64,000 bases of DNA from Shigella phage Sf17. Positions 51,585-59,782 of the stretch are shown here, piece by piece. The position numbers and the translations under genes were made by a program. The notes under the pieces were generated by a model. That model did not search any database and was not told the origin of the DNA. It saw only the letters and a program-made list of their open reading frames with translations. Each line of letters begins with the position of its first letter. The stretch's first letter is position 1. Location of the stretch: the sequence record MF327004; one strand, 5' to 3'.

Positions 51585-52715
51585 ATGACTACTAAGACTA
51601 AAGCACAAATCGACGCAGAAATCTATGCACTGGTTAAAGAAGGTAAACTGACCAAAACTGCAATCGCTCTGAAGTATAACACTTCAACCCGTTCGGTAGG
51701 TCGTGCTGTAGAGCGTCATGAAGCAACGCTGCTGTCAGGGAAAACCAAAGCAAAACCTGCAAAGACTCTGAAAGATATTGCAAAGAGTGCAAAGAGTGCT
51801 AAGAAAGCTAAAGCGACCAAGAAAGTATCTAAGCAGAAACCTGTTACAAAAGCTGTTAAAGAAGCAGTCAAAGCAGAACCTGTAAATGCTCTGCATGAAG
51901 CAATGCAGAATAACAGCCAGATTGAATACATGATTACTGGTGATTCTGTTATCATGACTTTCGGTGCAGAGTCTGAGATTGTTGAGTCAACTCATCCTAA
52001 CTACACTGATATTGTAATGGCTGTTGTTTCAGGTGAGTACAAGAAAGCTTTTGAACTGATGAACATTCGCAAGTCTATTGAGAACTTCACTCAAGGTGCT
52101 GTAACCATCAAAGGTGACAACCTGTATTACGGTGCTGTTCAGATGCGCTCAACTCTGGTAGACCGTATTCTGGATATGATGAAGAAAGGTGATAATGGTT
52201 TTGTTCGACTGATTGCATTCTTCGAAAAACTGATGGAAAACCCATCAAAAGATTCTGTAGAACAACTTTGGGGCTTCGTATCACACCTTGATGTTGAAAT
52301 TGATGAAGAAGGTTATATCATCGGCTGGAAGAAAGTCACAACTCGTGGTGGTAAACTGTTTGACTCTCGTACCTGCAAAGTTCCAAATGATTTGGGTAAC
52401 ATTGTAGAGATGCCACGTTGGATGGTTGATAATAACCGTCATGTAACCTGCTCTCAGGGTCTGCACGTTGGTGCTTGGGATTATGTAACTAGCTTCTCTG
52501 GTGACACTATCCTAAAAGTTCGTGTTCATCCTCGTGATGTTGTTTCAGTACCAACTGACTACAACGACATGAAAATGCGAGCTTCCCGCTATGAAGTTGC
52601 AGCGATTGTAAATAGTCGCCGTGAAGTCATCAAAGAGTGGGATGGTTCAGAAGCACTCCACGTAGTTGTAGGTACTGCTGGTGAACTAATTTCTCAGCGT
52701 AAACGTGAAGTTTAA
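51585..52715 (+). CDS. rIIB: rIIB-like protein
   Basis: 376 aa; segments RSTLVDRILDMMKKGDN, CSQGLHVG, VRVHPRDVVSVPTDYNDMKMRA parallel T4 rIIB; directly downstream of rIIA. Confidence 0.8.
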   Translation: MTTKTKAQIDAEIYALVKEGKLTKTAIALKYNTSTRSVGRAVERHEATLLSGKTKAKPAKTLKDIAKSAKSAKKAKATKKVSKQKPVTKAVKEAVKAEPVNALHEAMQNNSQIEYMITGDSVIMTFGAESEIVESTHPNYTDIVMAVVSGEYKKAFELMNIRKSIENFTQGAVTIKGDNLYYGAVQMRSTLVDRILDMMKKGDNGFVRLIAFFEKLMENPSKDSVEQLWGFVSHLDVEIDEEGYIIGWKKVTTRGGKLFDSRTCKVPNDLGNIVEMPRWMVDNNRHVTCSQGLHVGAWDYVTSFSGDTILKVRVHPRDVVSVPTDYNDMKMRASRYEVAAIVNSRREVIKEWDGSEALHVVVGTAGELISQRKREV

Positions 52716-52731
52716 TAAGTAAATTCCTAAA

Positions 52732-52756
52732 GGGGCTGCTTCGGCAGCCTTTTTTA
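52732..52756 (+). terminator. rho-independent terminator (UUCG tetraloop)
   Basis: GGCTGC-TTCG-GCAGCC followed by T6. Confidence 0.6.
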
Positions 52757-52757
52757 T

Positions 52758-52785
52758 TTGAAAAATGTGCAGGTTAGTGTATAAT
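52758..52785 (+). promoter_or_regulatory. sigma70-type promoter TTGAAA-16-TATAAT
   Basis: Consensus -10 TATAAT; spacer contains TGTGCAGGT, the core of the 56.9-57.2 kb repeats. Confidence 0.5.
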
Positions 52786-52816
52786 TGTCTGCATGTTTAA
52801 CAAAATAGGAGTGCAA

Positions 52817-53365
52817 ATGAAGAAATTTGTTTTAGGTTTGTGCTTATTCTTTACAGCACATTTAGCTACAGCATCTGACTGTCCAGAGCTTACAATCAGC
52901 CAGAAAGTTAATATGTTAAAAGCATATAACTATGGCGAAGGGCAGATGGGAAAAGGTTGGGGAATCCCTTTAGCAGCTATAGCCTTACAAGAGTCACAAT
53001 TAGGTGTCATGTTAGAAAATAAAAAGACTCATGATTATGGTGTTTTCCAGAATCACTTGAAGACTGTTGTAAAGCGTAACAAGGTATCTCCAAAGGTTGC
53101 TAAGAAGAAGCTAGTAAGTGACTTCCATTACTCAGCGAAAGAGGCTCATAAGGAGCTATTATTCTGGACTAAGGTTCATGGTAACCCAGATGGAAAGTAC
53201 TCTATGAAGCGTGTCCTAGCTTCTTATAATGCTGGTTACAAATACAAGATTCCAAAGGCTAGACAATACTCTCAAGATGTGTACAATAACATGAAACTGC
53301 TGGCTCAATGTGAGTTTGCAACAAACATTAAAAAGGTAAAATATGAGCGAATCAAAACAATTTGA
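52817..53365 (+). CDS. lytic transglycosylase-like protein with signal peptide
   Basis: ATG 52817 after AGGAG; signal-peptide-like MKKFVLGLCLFFTAHLATA; motifs ALQESQLG, YGVFQ, SYNAG resemble lytic transglycosylase catalytic region. Confidence 0.45.
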   Translation: MKKFVLGLCLFFTAHLATASDCPELTISQKVNMLKAYNYGEGQMGKGWGIPLAAIALQESQLGVMLENKKTHDYGVFQNHLKTVVKRNKVSPKVAKKKLVSDFHYSAKEAHKELLFWTKVHGNPDGKYSMKRVLASYNAGYKYKIPKARQYSQDVYNNMKLLAQCEFATNIKKVKYERIKTI

Positions 53366-54038
53366 TATGGTTCTGTGTCATGCTTATGATATTAAGCCAC
53401 TTGATTTAGATATCAGTTCTGCAAGTTGGTCAGATATTGCTAAAGCTGACTTTGCAGATACAGCAAGAGATGTTGTGTGTAGCTTTGAAGACTTCCACTC
53501 AACAAAGACACAGATTCCTTGTCAGGATTTGCTAACAGGTAAAACTGTATATGTTGGTCGTAACAGCCTTATCTTGGTTGCAAAGAACTTGGAAGAAAAA
53601 CGTAAAATGGTCTTAGCAGACATTGATGGTGTTCTTACAAGTTTTGACAAGAAACTTAATGCAACTTTGTTAGATGATGGTACTTACTCACAGTATACTA
53701 ACTTGGTAGACTCTCGCAGAGCTAAACCAACATATGTTTTTAACATTCTGTGTGGTATATCAAGAAATGCTGATATAGGATTCTTAACTGCTCGTGGTGA
53801 ATCACAAAGAGTTGTCACACATCTTTTCCTGAATGAGAATGTAGACAGTGATTTCCTACTGTTTATGCGTGGATTTGGTGACAATGAGATTAGTGCAGAA
53901 AGTTTGAAAGTTCGTATGCTTCAGTCTTGCATTCTACCTTACTATGATGTAGTATGCTTTATAGAAGATACAGTGAAGAACGTGGAGAAGGTTGAAAGAA
54001 TCTTACCACACATCAAAACAATGCTTGTTAAAAACTGA
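53343..54038 (+). CDS. HAD-superfamily hydrolase-like protein
   Basis: 231 aa; motif LADIDGVLT (DxDG[TV]) typical of HAD phosphatases/nucleotidases. Confidence 0.4.
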   Translation: MSESKQFDMVLCHAYDIKPLDLDISSASWSDIAKADFADTARDVVCSFEDFHSTKTQIPCQDLLTGKTVYVGRNSLILVAKNLEEKRKMVLADIDGVLTSFDKKLNATLLDDGTYSQYTNLVDSRRAKPTYVFNILCGISRNADIGFLTARGESQRVVTHLFLNENVDSDFLLFMRGFGDNEISAESLKVRMLQSCILPYYDVVCFIEDTVKNVEKVERILPHIKTMLVKN

Positions 54039-54049
54039 GAGAGTAAACC

Positions 54050-54514
54050 ATGCAAAACATTATTACAGTAGCTATCGATGCTTCCGGTAACAAATCACAG
54101 GTAGTTCGTGAGATTATCAAAAGTAATTTCGATGGTAAAATCTTTCGTGCAGTAAACGTGAAAGCTGATGGTAACATTCGTGAGTATCGTGCAATGTTGA
54201 ATGTCACAAAACACGTTAAGGGTGTTGGTTCAACTACTGCTCATAAAGAAAATCTGATGACTATCTATGATATGGGTATGGCTTCAGAGTTAGGTGCAAA
54301 AGGGATTGTACAATCCGGTGCTCCTTACCGTTCTTTCAATCTGGAAACTGCTCTTATGCTTTCCTTTACAAGTGGTTCTCAAACTACCACTTACCTCTTC
54401 ACAGATACTGCAACGGTTTCTGCGATTAAGGACAATACCATTAAGGCTGGCGTAGCTGCTGCTTCAAAAGCCTCAACAATGGCAGCAAATGTCCTTGCGA
54501 AAGTTCTTGGTTAA
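54050..54514 (+). CDS. hypothetical protein
   Basis: 154-aa ORF followed by terminator; N-terminus ITVAIDASGNKSQVV. Confidence 0.4.
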   Translation: MQNIITVAIDASGNKSQVVREIIKSNFDGKIFRAVNVKADGNIREYRAMLNVTKHVKGVGSTTAHKENLMTIYDMGMASELGAKGIVQSGAPYRSFNLETALMLSFTSGSQTTTYLFTDTATVSAIKDNTIKAGVAAASKASTMAANVLAKVLG

Positions 54515-54525
54515 AGTTATTATAG

Positions 54526-54548
54526 AGGCTCCTTCGGGAGCCTTTTTC
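54526..54548 (+). terminator. rho-independent terminator (UUCG tetraloop)
   Basis: AGGCTCC-TTCG-GGAGCCT followed by T5. Confidence 0.6.
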
Positions 54549-54566
54549 ATTTCTAGGAGAAGTTAA

Positions 54567-54914
54567 ATGACGTTTAAAGAATTTTGTCAAGCAGCTTTTG
54601 TAATCATCTTCTTAACAGGTGTTGGTGCTTGGGGAGGTTACACTTACAAGACCAGCCAAGTTAATGAAAAGGAGCTAACTAACCAGAGACTGGTAAGTGT
54701 TGCTAAAGATGCTTATCAAGAAGGTTTATCAAATCTTAGCTCCAATTACAAAAATGATTTGAAAGATGTGCTTGCTAAAAACAAACACACCAAAGAGGTA
54801 TTGAACTATGAAAAAACTAAGACAGTCTTTATTAATGATTGTGCTACTGAGCCTTATGTCAGGGTGTTCAACGAGCAAAGTGAGCAGTACCTTCAAAAAC
54901 TCCCAAGTAAGTGA
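54567..54914 (+). CDS. putative i-spanin (inner-membrane spanin subunit)
   Basis: 115 aa; N-terminal transmembrane segment AAFVIIFLTGVGAWGGY then charged helical periplasmic part; o-spanin-like lipoprotein gene starts inside it in another frame. Confidence 0.45.
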   Translation: MTFKEFCQAAFVIIFLTGVGAWGGYTYKTSQVNEKELTNQRLVSVAKDAYQEGLSNLSSNYKNDLKDVLAKNKHTKEVLNYEKTKTVFINDCATEPYVRVFNEQSEQYLQKLPSK

Positions 54915-55077
54915 GAGTGACAAGTACACTCAAGAAGAAGCACGATATGAGGTTAAAGGCACTAAAGGTGCAGACCTTGCAAGTGCTCTTGAGTTTTATC
55001 GTGATGGTTACTATGAATGTACTATTAAGGCAAACAATTTGATTGATATGATTTTGTTAGGGAATAAGCAGCAATGA
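54808..55077 (+). CDS. putative o-spanin (outer-membrane lipoprotein subunit)
   Basis: 89 aa; MKKLRQSLLMIVLLSLMSGC lipobox (MSGC); starts within the i-spanin gene (+1 frame) and extends beyond it, with AAGAGG SD. Confidence 0.45.
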   Translation: MKKLRQSLLMIVLLSLMSGCSTSKVSSTFKNSQVSESDKYTQEEARYEVKGTKGADLASALEFYRDGYYECTIKANNLIDMILLGNKQQ

Positions 55078-55343
55078 CAGAGAAGAATGAAACATTTTTT
55101 GTGGAAGGTTATCTTCTGTTACCAAGACCAAGTAACACTTACATGAGATTTGACATTATGCCAACGGTTATGGATGATGTAACTTGTCACATCTTTATGC
55201 AGGGTGTTTCTGCACAACTTAAACATGTTGGAAGAGATTGCAAAATACGTGTTGACAACCATCCTGAAATCAACGAGAATCACTACACATGGTTCGGAGA
55301 AGATTCTAAAGAAATCTATGCAGTCCTTAAAACGAGGAAGTGA
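55074..55343 (+). CDS. hypothetical protein
   Basis: 89-aa ORF overlapping previous stop. Confidence 0.4.
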   Translation: MTEKNETFFVEGYLLLPRPSNTYMRFDIMPTVMDDVTCHIFMQGVSAQLKHVGRDCKIRVDNHPEINENHYTWFGEDSKEIYAVLKTRK

Positions 55344-55352
55344 GGTTTAGTG

Positions 55353-55679
55353 ATGCAACTAGATGGTAAGAATTATGTAGCCGTCTTTTCAGACGGTGAG
55401 AAAGAAATTGGTACAGCACAAGTCTGTCACAGTGGTAAAGAGTTTCTCTATGGGGTTGTTGCATTCATTGGTACTCGTGGAGATATGAAGTCTTTTAAAG
55501 ATTGTGTTGACAAGCTTGAAGAATCCATAGAGAATCATTGGTGTCTGATATGGCTTAATGCAGAGAATGTTAAAGAACGCTATGCAAAAGTTGGTATCCA
55601 TATTGAAAGCATCGAACATGTTGACCTGTTTGAGCTAACTGAAAAGGTGATGTATGAAAGCAATTCTGGTAAGAAGTAA
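55353..55679 (+). CDS. hypothetical protein
   Basis: ATG 55353 after GAGG (track start 55350 is GTG); about 108 aa. Confidence 0.4.
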   Translation: MQLDGKNYVAVFSDGEKEIGTAQVCHSGKEFLYGVVAFIGTRGDMKSFKDCVDKLEESIENHWCLIWLNAENVKERYAKVGIHIESIEHVDLFELTEKVMYESNSGKK

Positions 55680-55914
55680 AGTTACACGTCAAGTATTAGC
55701 AGGGGCTATATTTGTTGGAAGGGATGAGGTGATGCCATTTGGTTCACGAATCTATAAAGGTTCTGTACTATCACATAGCCACTTTAAGGCTGGTGATTTT
55801 TGTCACTATATTAACAGGGGCTATCTAAGAGAGGAACTTGGATATTGGAAGACCCGCATTAAGGAAAGATACGGTGACAGAGTATTCTTACAAGAGGTAA
55901 TTTCAAATGGCTGA
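55654..55914 (+). CDS. hypothetical protein
   Basis: 86-aa ORF with AAAGGTG SD. Confidence 0.4.
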   Translation: MKAILVRSKVTRQVLAGAIFVGRDEVMPFGSRIYKGSVLSHSHFKAGDFCHYINRGYLREELGYWKTRIKERYGDRVFLQEVISNG

Positions 55915-56107
55915 TTTCTGCACTAAGTGTTCTGTTGAGATGTTTGGAAAAGATACAGGAGACTTAAAAGGTCTCTTTACAAAAGCAGAGTTTGAAGCTG
56001 GTTCAGCAATGCCAGTAATCTGTGAAGGCTGTGGTGCTTTATGGGTAGACCATGAAGGTAACCGAGTTAAACCCTCTGAAGATAACGAACGTTGGGAGCA
56101 TTACTAA
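55907..56107 (+). CDS. small Cys-rich protein (zinc-ribbon-like)
   Basis: 66 aa with CTKCS ... CEGCG cysteine pairs. Confidence 0.4.
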   Translation: MADFCTKCSVEMFGKDTGDLKGLFTKAEFEAGSAMPVICEGCGALWVDHEGNRVKPSEDNERWEHY

Positions 56108-56108
56108 T

Positions 56109-56903
56109 ATGGGTATCGTAAAAATTATTAAAGGTGATATCTTTAAAGACTTTGATGGTAAGAAGTTTGATATCATTGGTCACGGTTGTAACTGCATGAA
56201 CTTGATGGGTTCAGGTATCGCAGCAACAATTGCTAAACGCTACCCAAAAGCTTATGAAACTGACGCTGAGGTTTATGCTACAGTAGGTGGTGAAAATCAT
56301 AACCCTAAGCACCTAATGCTTGGTAACATCTCTGTAGCACGTTTTAAGCAGGGTCGGATTGCTAACCTTTATACTCAGGTTATCACTGGCAAAGATGCAC
56401 GGTACAATGCTTTAGAAGCAGCTTTGCAGCGTCTGAATAATTACTGCAAAGTCAACCAACTTAAGAAAGTTGGGCTTCCTATGATTTGTGCAGGGATTGG
56501 TGGTCTTGATAGTATGGCTGTGCTGTCCATTATTAATCAGACTATGAAAGATGTTGACGTATATATGTATGTCTATGAAGATAAGATGTACAGTCAGTTG
56601 ACTAGTCCTGTTACTGGTTGGGAGAACTTCAGTGAGCCTCAATATTTTGATGGTGTTGCTGTGGTAGGCAAGGATAAAGTTACCCTCAAGGTGAAGCGTA
56701 ATGGCAAGGTACACACCAGTTACCCTCCGGTTGAGAAGTACAATCGAAGTAACGCTCAAGTTACCCACCCGTTACAAGGTCACCACCACAGAGCGGTAAC
56801 GTTTGGTGATGATGCAAGTGTGTATATCAATGCGACTACAGAAGAGTTTGCAGAAGATTATATCACACATGAAAACGTAAACTATGTTGAAGCACGTAAC
56901 TAA
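56109..56903 (+). CDS. macro-domain protein (Poa1p-like ADP-ribose-phosphate phosphatase family) with C-terminal extension
   Basis: ATG 56109; motifs KGDIFK, DIIGHGCNC, GSGIAATIAKRYP, GLPMICAGIGGLD parallel yeast Poa1p (IHSCNC ... GGGIAYQLALRYP); about 100 extra C-terminal residues. Confidence 0.5.
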   Translation: MGIVKIIKGDIFKDFDGKKFDIIGHGCNCMNLMGSGIAATIAKRYPKAYETDAEVYATVGGENHNPKHLMLGNISVARFKQGRIANLYTQVITGKDARYNALEAALQRLNNYCKVNQLKKVGLPMICAGIGGLDSMAVLSIINQTMKDVDVYMYVYEDKMYSQLTSPVTGWENFSEPQYFDGVAVVGKDKVTLKVKRNGKVHTSYPPVEKYNRSNAQVTHPLQGHHHRAVTFGDDASVYINATTEEFAEDYITHENVNYVEARN

Positions 56904-56930
56904 TAAGTTACCCAGATAAACATAGACAAG

Positions 56931-57156
56931 CCCTCCAAAGTTTGAGTTTAAAATCTCAGGTAAGGGGGGCTTTTTCATTTTAAATTTGTGCAGGTATAGT
57001 TGCATAGAACTCTGGACAGATTTCTTTAGCTGAACTCCAAAGGGAAAATTCATTTCAAATTTGTGCAGGTTTAGACTCCAAAGAGCTTTTTCATTTTCAA
57101 TCTGTGCAGATGCAGTTGGACTCCAAAGGGAAAATTCATTTTCAAATTGTGCAGGT
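56931..57156. repeat. tandem direct repeats (4 copies, about 36-bp unit at 41-45-bp period)
   Basis: CTCCAAAG-N-TTCATTT(T)CAAAT(T)TGTGCAGRT at 56931/56971-56995 (split copy), 57035-57070, 57076-57111, 57121-57156. Confidence 0.65.
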
Positions 57157-57173
57157 AGGTAGCTGTAGGAAAC

Positions 57174-57208
57174 CAGCCCCACCATCCCCTCTTACTCCCC
57201 TTCCTCCC
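57174..57208. other. C-rich polypyrimidine tract
   Basis: AGCCCCACCATCCCCTCTTACTCCCCTTCCTCCC, G-free on + strand, directly after the repeat array. Confidence 0.4.
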
Positions 57209-57250
57209 AAAAGTCAAGAGAAAAATTTGTAGAGAACTGAAAAATAATTC

Positions 57251-57279
57251 TTGACTAGATTTCTGTTTTAGTGTATTCG
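57251..57279 (+). promoter_or_regulatory. possible sigma70-type promoter (TTGACT-17-TATTCG)
   Basis: Good -35, weak -10. Confidence 0.3.
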
Positions 57280-57329
57280 CATACGTGCGTTCTATTCACG
57301 AAACATCAAAAATATTTTAAAAATTTTTG

Positions 57330-57358
57330 TTGACTTCATAAATCCAGTCTTATAGTAT
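57330..57358 (+). promoter_or_regulatory. sigma70-type promoter TTGACT-17-TAGTAT
   Basis: In AT-rich region; followed by CATCAACGGGAAACATCCC hairpin and the conserved leader CAATCCTAAACTGGAGAATCTAAAAATG. Confidence 0.5.
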
Positions 57359-57407
57359 TTGCATCAACGGGAAACATCCCAACAATCCTAAACTGGAGAA
57401 TCTAAAA

Positions 57408-57614
57408 ATGTTATATCAACGTGAGTTAATGATTGTTGACAACAACAAAACAAATAAACGTCGTTTCTATATGCTAATTTGTGATGTTTGGCAACGTATC
57501 TCAGAAAAGGATTTTGATGAATATGTTGATACGTCAATCAGGTCTGATTGTTATTTGACAACTCATACAAGACAGTTTACAAGGCATACAGCAATTTATT
57601 ATTATAACGTTTAA
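57408..57614 (+). CDS. hypothetical early protein
   Basis: 68-aa ORF behind conserved leader/SD CTGGAGAATCTAAAAATG. Confidence 0.45.
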   Translation: MLYQRELMIVDNNKTNKRRFYMLICDVWQRISEKDFDEYVDTSIRSDCYLTTHTRQFTRHTAIYYYNV

Positions 57615-57619
57615 AGTGC

Positions 57620-57648
57620 TTTACATGGGGTTTAAAAGCTAGTATATT
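57620..57648 (+). promoter_or_regulatory. early-cassette promoter TTTACA-17-TATATT
   Basis: Spacer starts TGGGG, -10 followed by AAGCCCCA (inverted repeat spanning the -10), then conserved leader. Confidence 0.5.
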
Positions 57649-57698
57649 AAGCCCCAGATAAAGAGCTTTACCAACAATCCTAAACTGGAGACTCTAAA

Positions 57699-58079
57699 AT
57701 GAAATATCGTGCGCCTAAATTTATCAACAAAGAAAACTTTCGTAGTATCTTAGAAGAAACTATGAAAGAAAACTTCAAAGGAAAAATAATTGTTGTTCAC
57801 GCTTACAATTTTAAGTATGATGTTAATGGTAACCGTATTAACCACTACAAAGCTACTATGCTTGACGGTACATTATCCGGTGAAAAAGCTATCATAAATG
57901 CTATTGCAGGACGTGGTAAAACTGTGATACGATGCGAAAAAAGACGCTATCAAGGCGGTAAATATGGGTATGAAGATGCAATGTACCATCTTGATAAAAT
58001 GGGGTATGATGTAGAGAAAGCTGGAGTATCTCAAACTATTGGTAGTGACGGCTACGTTACAGTTTTCAAAATTAACTAA
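57699..58079 (+). CDS. hypothetical early protein
   Basis: 126-aa ORF behind conserved cassette leader. Confidence 0.45.
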   Translation: MKYRAPKFINKENFRSILEETMKENFKGKIIVVHAYNFKYDVNGNRINHYKATMLDGTLSGEKAIINAIAGRGKTVIRCEKRRYQGGKYGYEDAMYHLDKMGYDVEKAGVSQTIGSDGYVTVFKIN

Positions 58080-58088
58080 ATAAAGTCC

Positions 58089-58117
58089 TTTACATGGGGT
58101 TTATAATTAGATAAGAT
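58089..58117 (+). promoter_or_regulatory. early-cassette promoter TTTACA-17-TAAGAT
   Basis: Same cassette architecture. Confidence 0.5.
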
Positions 58118-58170
58118 AAGCCCCAGATAAAGAGCTTTACCAAACAATAACCTAAACTGGAGTATCAAAA

Positions 58171-58428
58171 ATGGCTACTATCAAAAACATCATTGTATCT
58201 GCAAAATCTCGTGATGACGCTCGCGCAACTGCTAAAAAATTAAATGGTAAGGTGGTTGACAACGGAAAAGAATCTGCTGTAAGATGGGGCGTAAAATGTG
58301 ATAAGGAAATTACTTTAAAACGTAGTTCCTATGACCTTTTCAAAGGTGTAAAAGCAATCGGTAGAACTAACGTCTACACGAAGAAAGGTTATAAAATGCA
58401 CTTATCATTAACTGACAATTTAATCTGA
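58171..58428 (+). CDS. hypothetical early protein
   Basis: 85-aa ORF behind cassette leader. Confidence 0.45.
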   Translation: MATIKNIIVSAKSRDDARATAKKLNGKVVDNGKESAVRWGVKCDKEITLKRSSYDLFKGVKAIGRTNVYTKKGYKMHLSLTDNLI

Positions 58429-58436
58429 TAAAGTGC

Positions 58437-58465
58437 TTTACATGGGGTTTATAGTTAGATAAGAT
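58437..58465 (+). promoter_or_regulatory. early-cassette promoter TTTACA-17-TAAGAT
   Basis: Same cassette architecture. Confidence 0.5.
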
Positions 58466-58519
58466 AAGCCCCAGATAAAGAGCTTTACTAACCAATAGTC
58501 CTAAACTGGAGAATCTAAA

Positions 58520-59032
58520 ATGAATTTTGTTGAAGCTACCTTTGAAGTTCAAAAAGAAAAATTCACTATCATCTATGAAGCTGTTAATATTTGTGAAGCA
58601 TCCCATTGTGTGGAAAATTGGAAGTTTACCGATGAGCACAAAGGCGGGGTTACAATCAAACTTAAAAATCCAGAGCGTAACGGGTACAAATATGCAATTC
58701 CACAGCATTACAGCCTTTCACAATTGATGAGTGATTATGCTAAACAAGGCCGCGAAAATCCATCTATAGAGGCTTACAAGAGCTTACAAGATGAATTACA
58801 AAGAGATTTAGAGGCTAACAGCTACGTGCTATTTGCAAAGGTAGAAGATAAAGAAGGTAATACAGTATTAAATAGCTTTTCTCTTGCTTATGGCTTCGAT
58901 TGGTGCTATCTTGACGGGGAAGATTTAGATTCACGATTAGAAGAGGAAGTGTCGAACTCCGATGGAGAATCTGAAGTAATGGAACGTTTAGAAGCCTTGA
59001 AAGATTCTGTTATGAATATCTTTAATATCTAA
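58520..59032 (+). CDS. hypothetical early protein
   Basis: 170-aa ORF behind cassette leader. Confidence 0.45.
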   Translation: MNFVEATFEVQKEKFTIIYEAVNICEASHCVENWKFTDEHKGGVTIKLKNPERNGYKYAIPQHYSLSQLMSDYAKQGRENPSIEAYKSLQDELQRDLEANSYVLFAKVEDKEGNTVLNSFSLAYGFDWCYLDGEDLDSRLEEEVSNSDGESEVMERLEALKDSVMNIFNI

Positions 59033-59037
59033 AGTGC

Positions 59038-59066
59038 TTTACATGGGGTTATCAAGTTGATAAGAT
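59038..59066 (+). promoter_or_regulatory. early-cassette promoter TTTACA-17-TAAGAT
   Basis: Same cassette architecture. Confidence 0.5.
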
Positions 59067-59115
59067 AGCCCCAGATAAAGAGCTTTACCAACAATCCTAA
59101 ACTGGAGAATCTAAA

Positions 59116-59412
59116 ATGTTTATTGCCGCAAACGTTAGAACTAAATTAAGCCAGCTATTAAGTAATATTCAATTCATTGAATCCATGCGCCGTACTTCTG
59201 AAGCCGTAGAGTGGTATCATGGAAAGATTAACAAAAAAGAAGTAATAATTTGTGTATGGAACTTTTGCAAAGAATACAAAAAACCATTGCTTCAGGTTGA
59301 TATATATGATAACACTAATAAGTCATCGATTAAGACTACTAGAGATATGGTTGATTCATATGAAATTAGTCACACTGGTAAACTATTTCACAAAGGCGTG
59401 AACAAATGTTAA
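59116..59412 (+). CDS. hypothetical early protein
   Basis: 98-aa ORF behind cassette leader. Confidence 0.45.
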   Translation: MFIAANVRTKLSQLLSNIQFIESMRRTSEAVEWYHGKINKKEVIICVWNFCKEYKKPLLQVDIYDNTNKSSIKTTRDMVDSYEISHTGKLFHKGVNKC

Positions 59413-59780
59413 TCACATACACTGCAATTTTTATCTCTATTGTGGCGCTCTATAAAGCCTTGCAAGCGCACAGTATAGCTAATAAGGCACTTACAAGGGA
59501 TTTAAAAATAAATCTTGTACGGGGCTTTTTAGAGCGTTTGAGCTTAGAACAATTGAAACGTTTAGAGATGAGCTTTCGATTCAAAGCAGAAACATACCGG
59601 ATTGATAACATCCTAGATGGTGATTTTAAATTAATCAGTGATTATGACATACTTCTTGAGTCAATTCAAGATATAAACCTGAAAGATTATTATATCGTGA
59701 TAGCGCAAGAAATTAATAAAAAAGAGCTTGCAATGCGGGGCAAGATAGAAGCCCCAACAATCCTAAACTGGAGAATCTGA
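59406..59780 (+). CDS. hypothetical early protein
   Basis: 124-aa ORF with hydrophobic N-terminus; its 3' end encodes a leader-only cassette copy (59748-59782). Confidence 0.4.
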   Translation: MLITYTAIFISIVALYKALQAHSIANKALTRDLKINLVRGFLERLSLEQLKRLEMSFRFKAETYRIDNILDGDFKLISDYDILLESIQDINLKDYYIVIAQEINKKELAMRGKIEAPTILNWRI

Positions 59781-59782
59781 AA

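Noticed and set aside
45565-56903. NMN adenylyltransferase to complete an NAD salvage pathway
   Set aside because: No ORF in the window shows an HxGH nucleotidyltransferase motif; reported as an open question instead.
56931-57156. Possible CRISPR array
   Set aside because: Repeat units abut with only 5-10 bp between them and no unique spacers of uniform length; no cas genes; the phage context fits a regulatory or iteron repeat instead.
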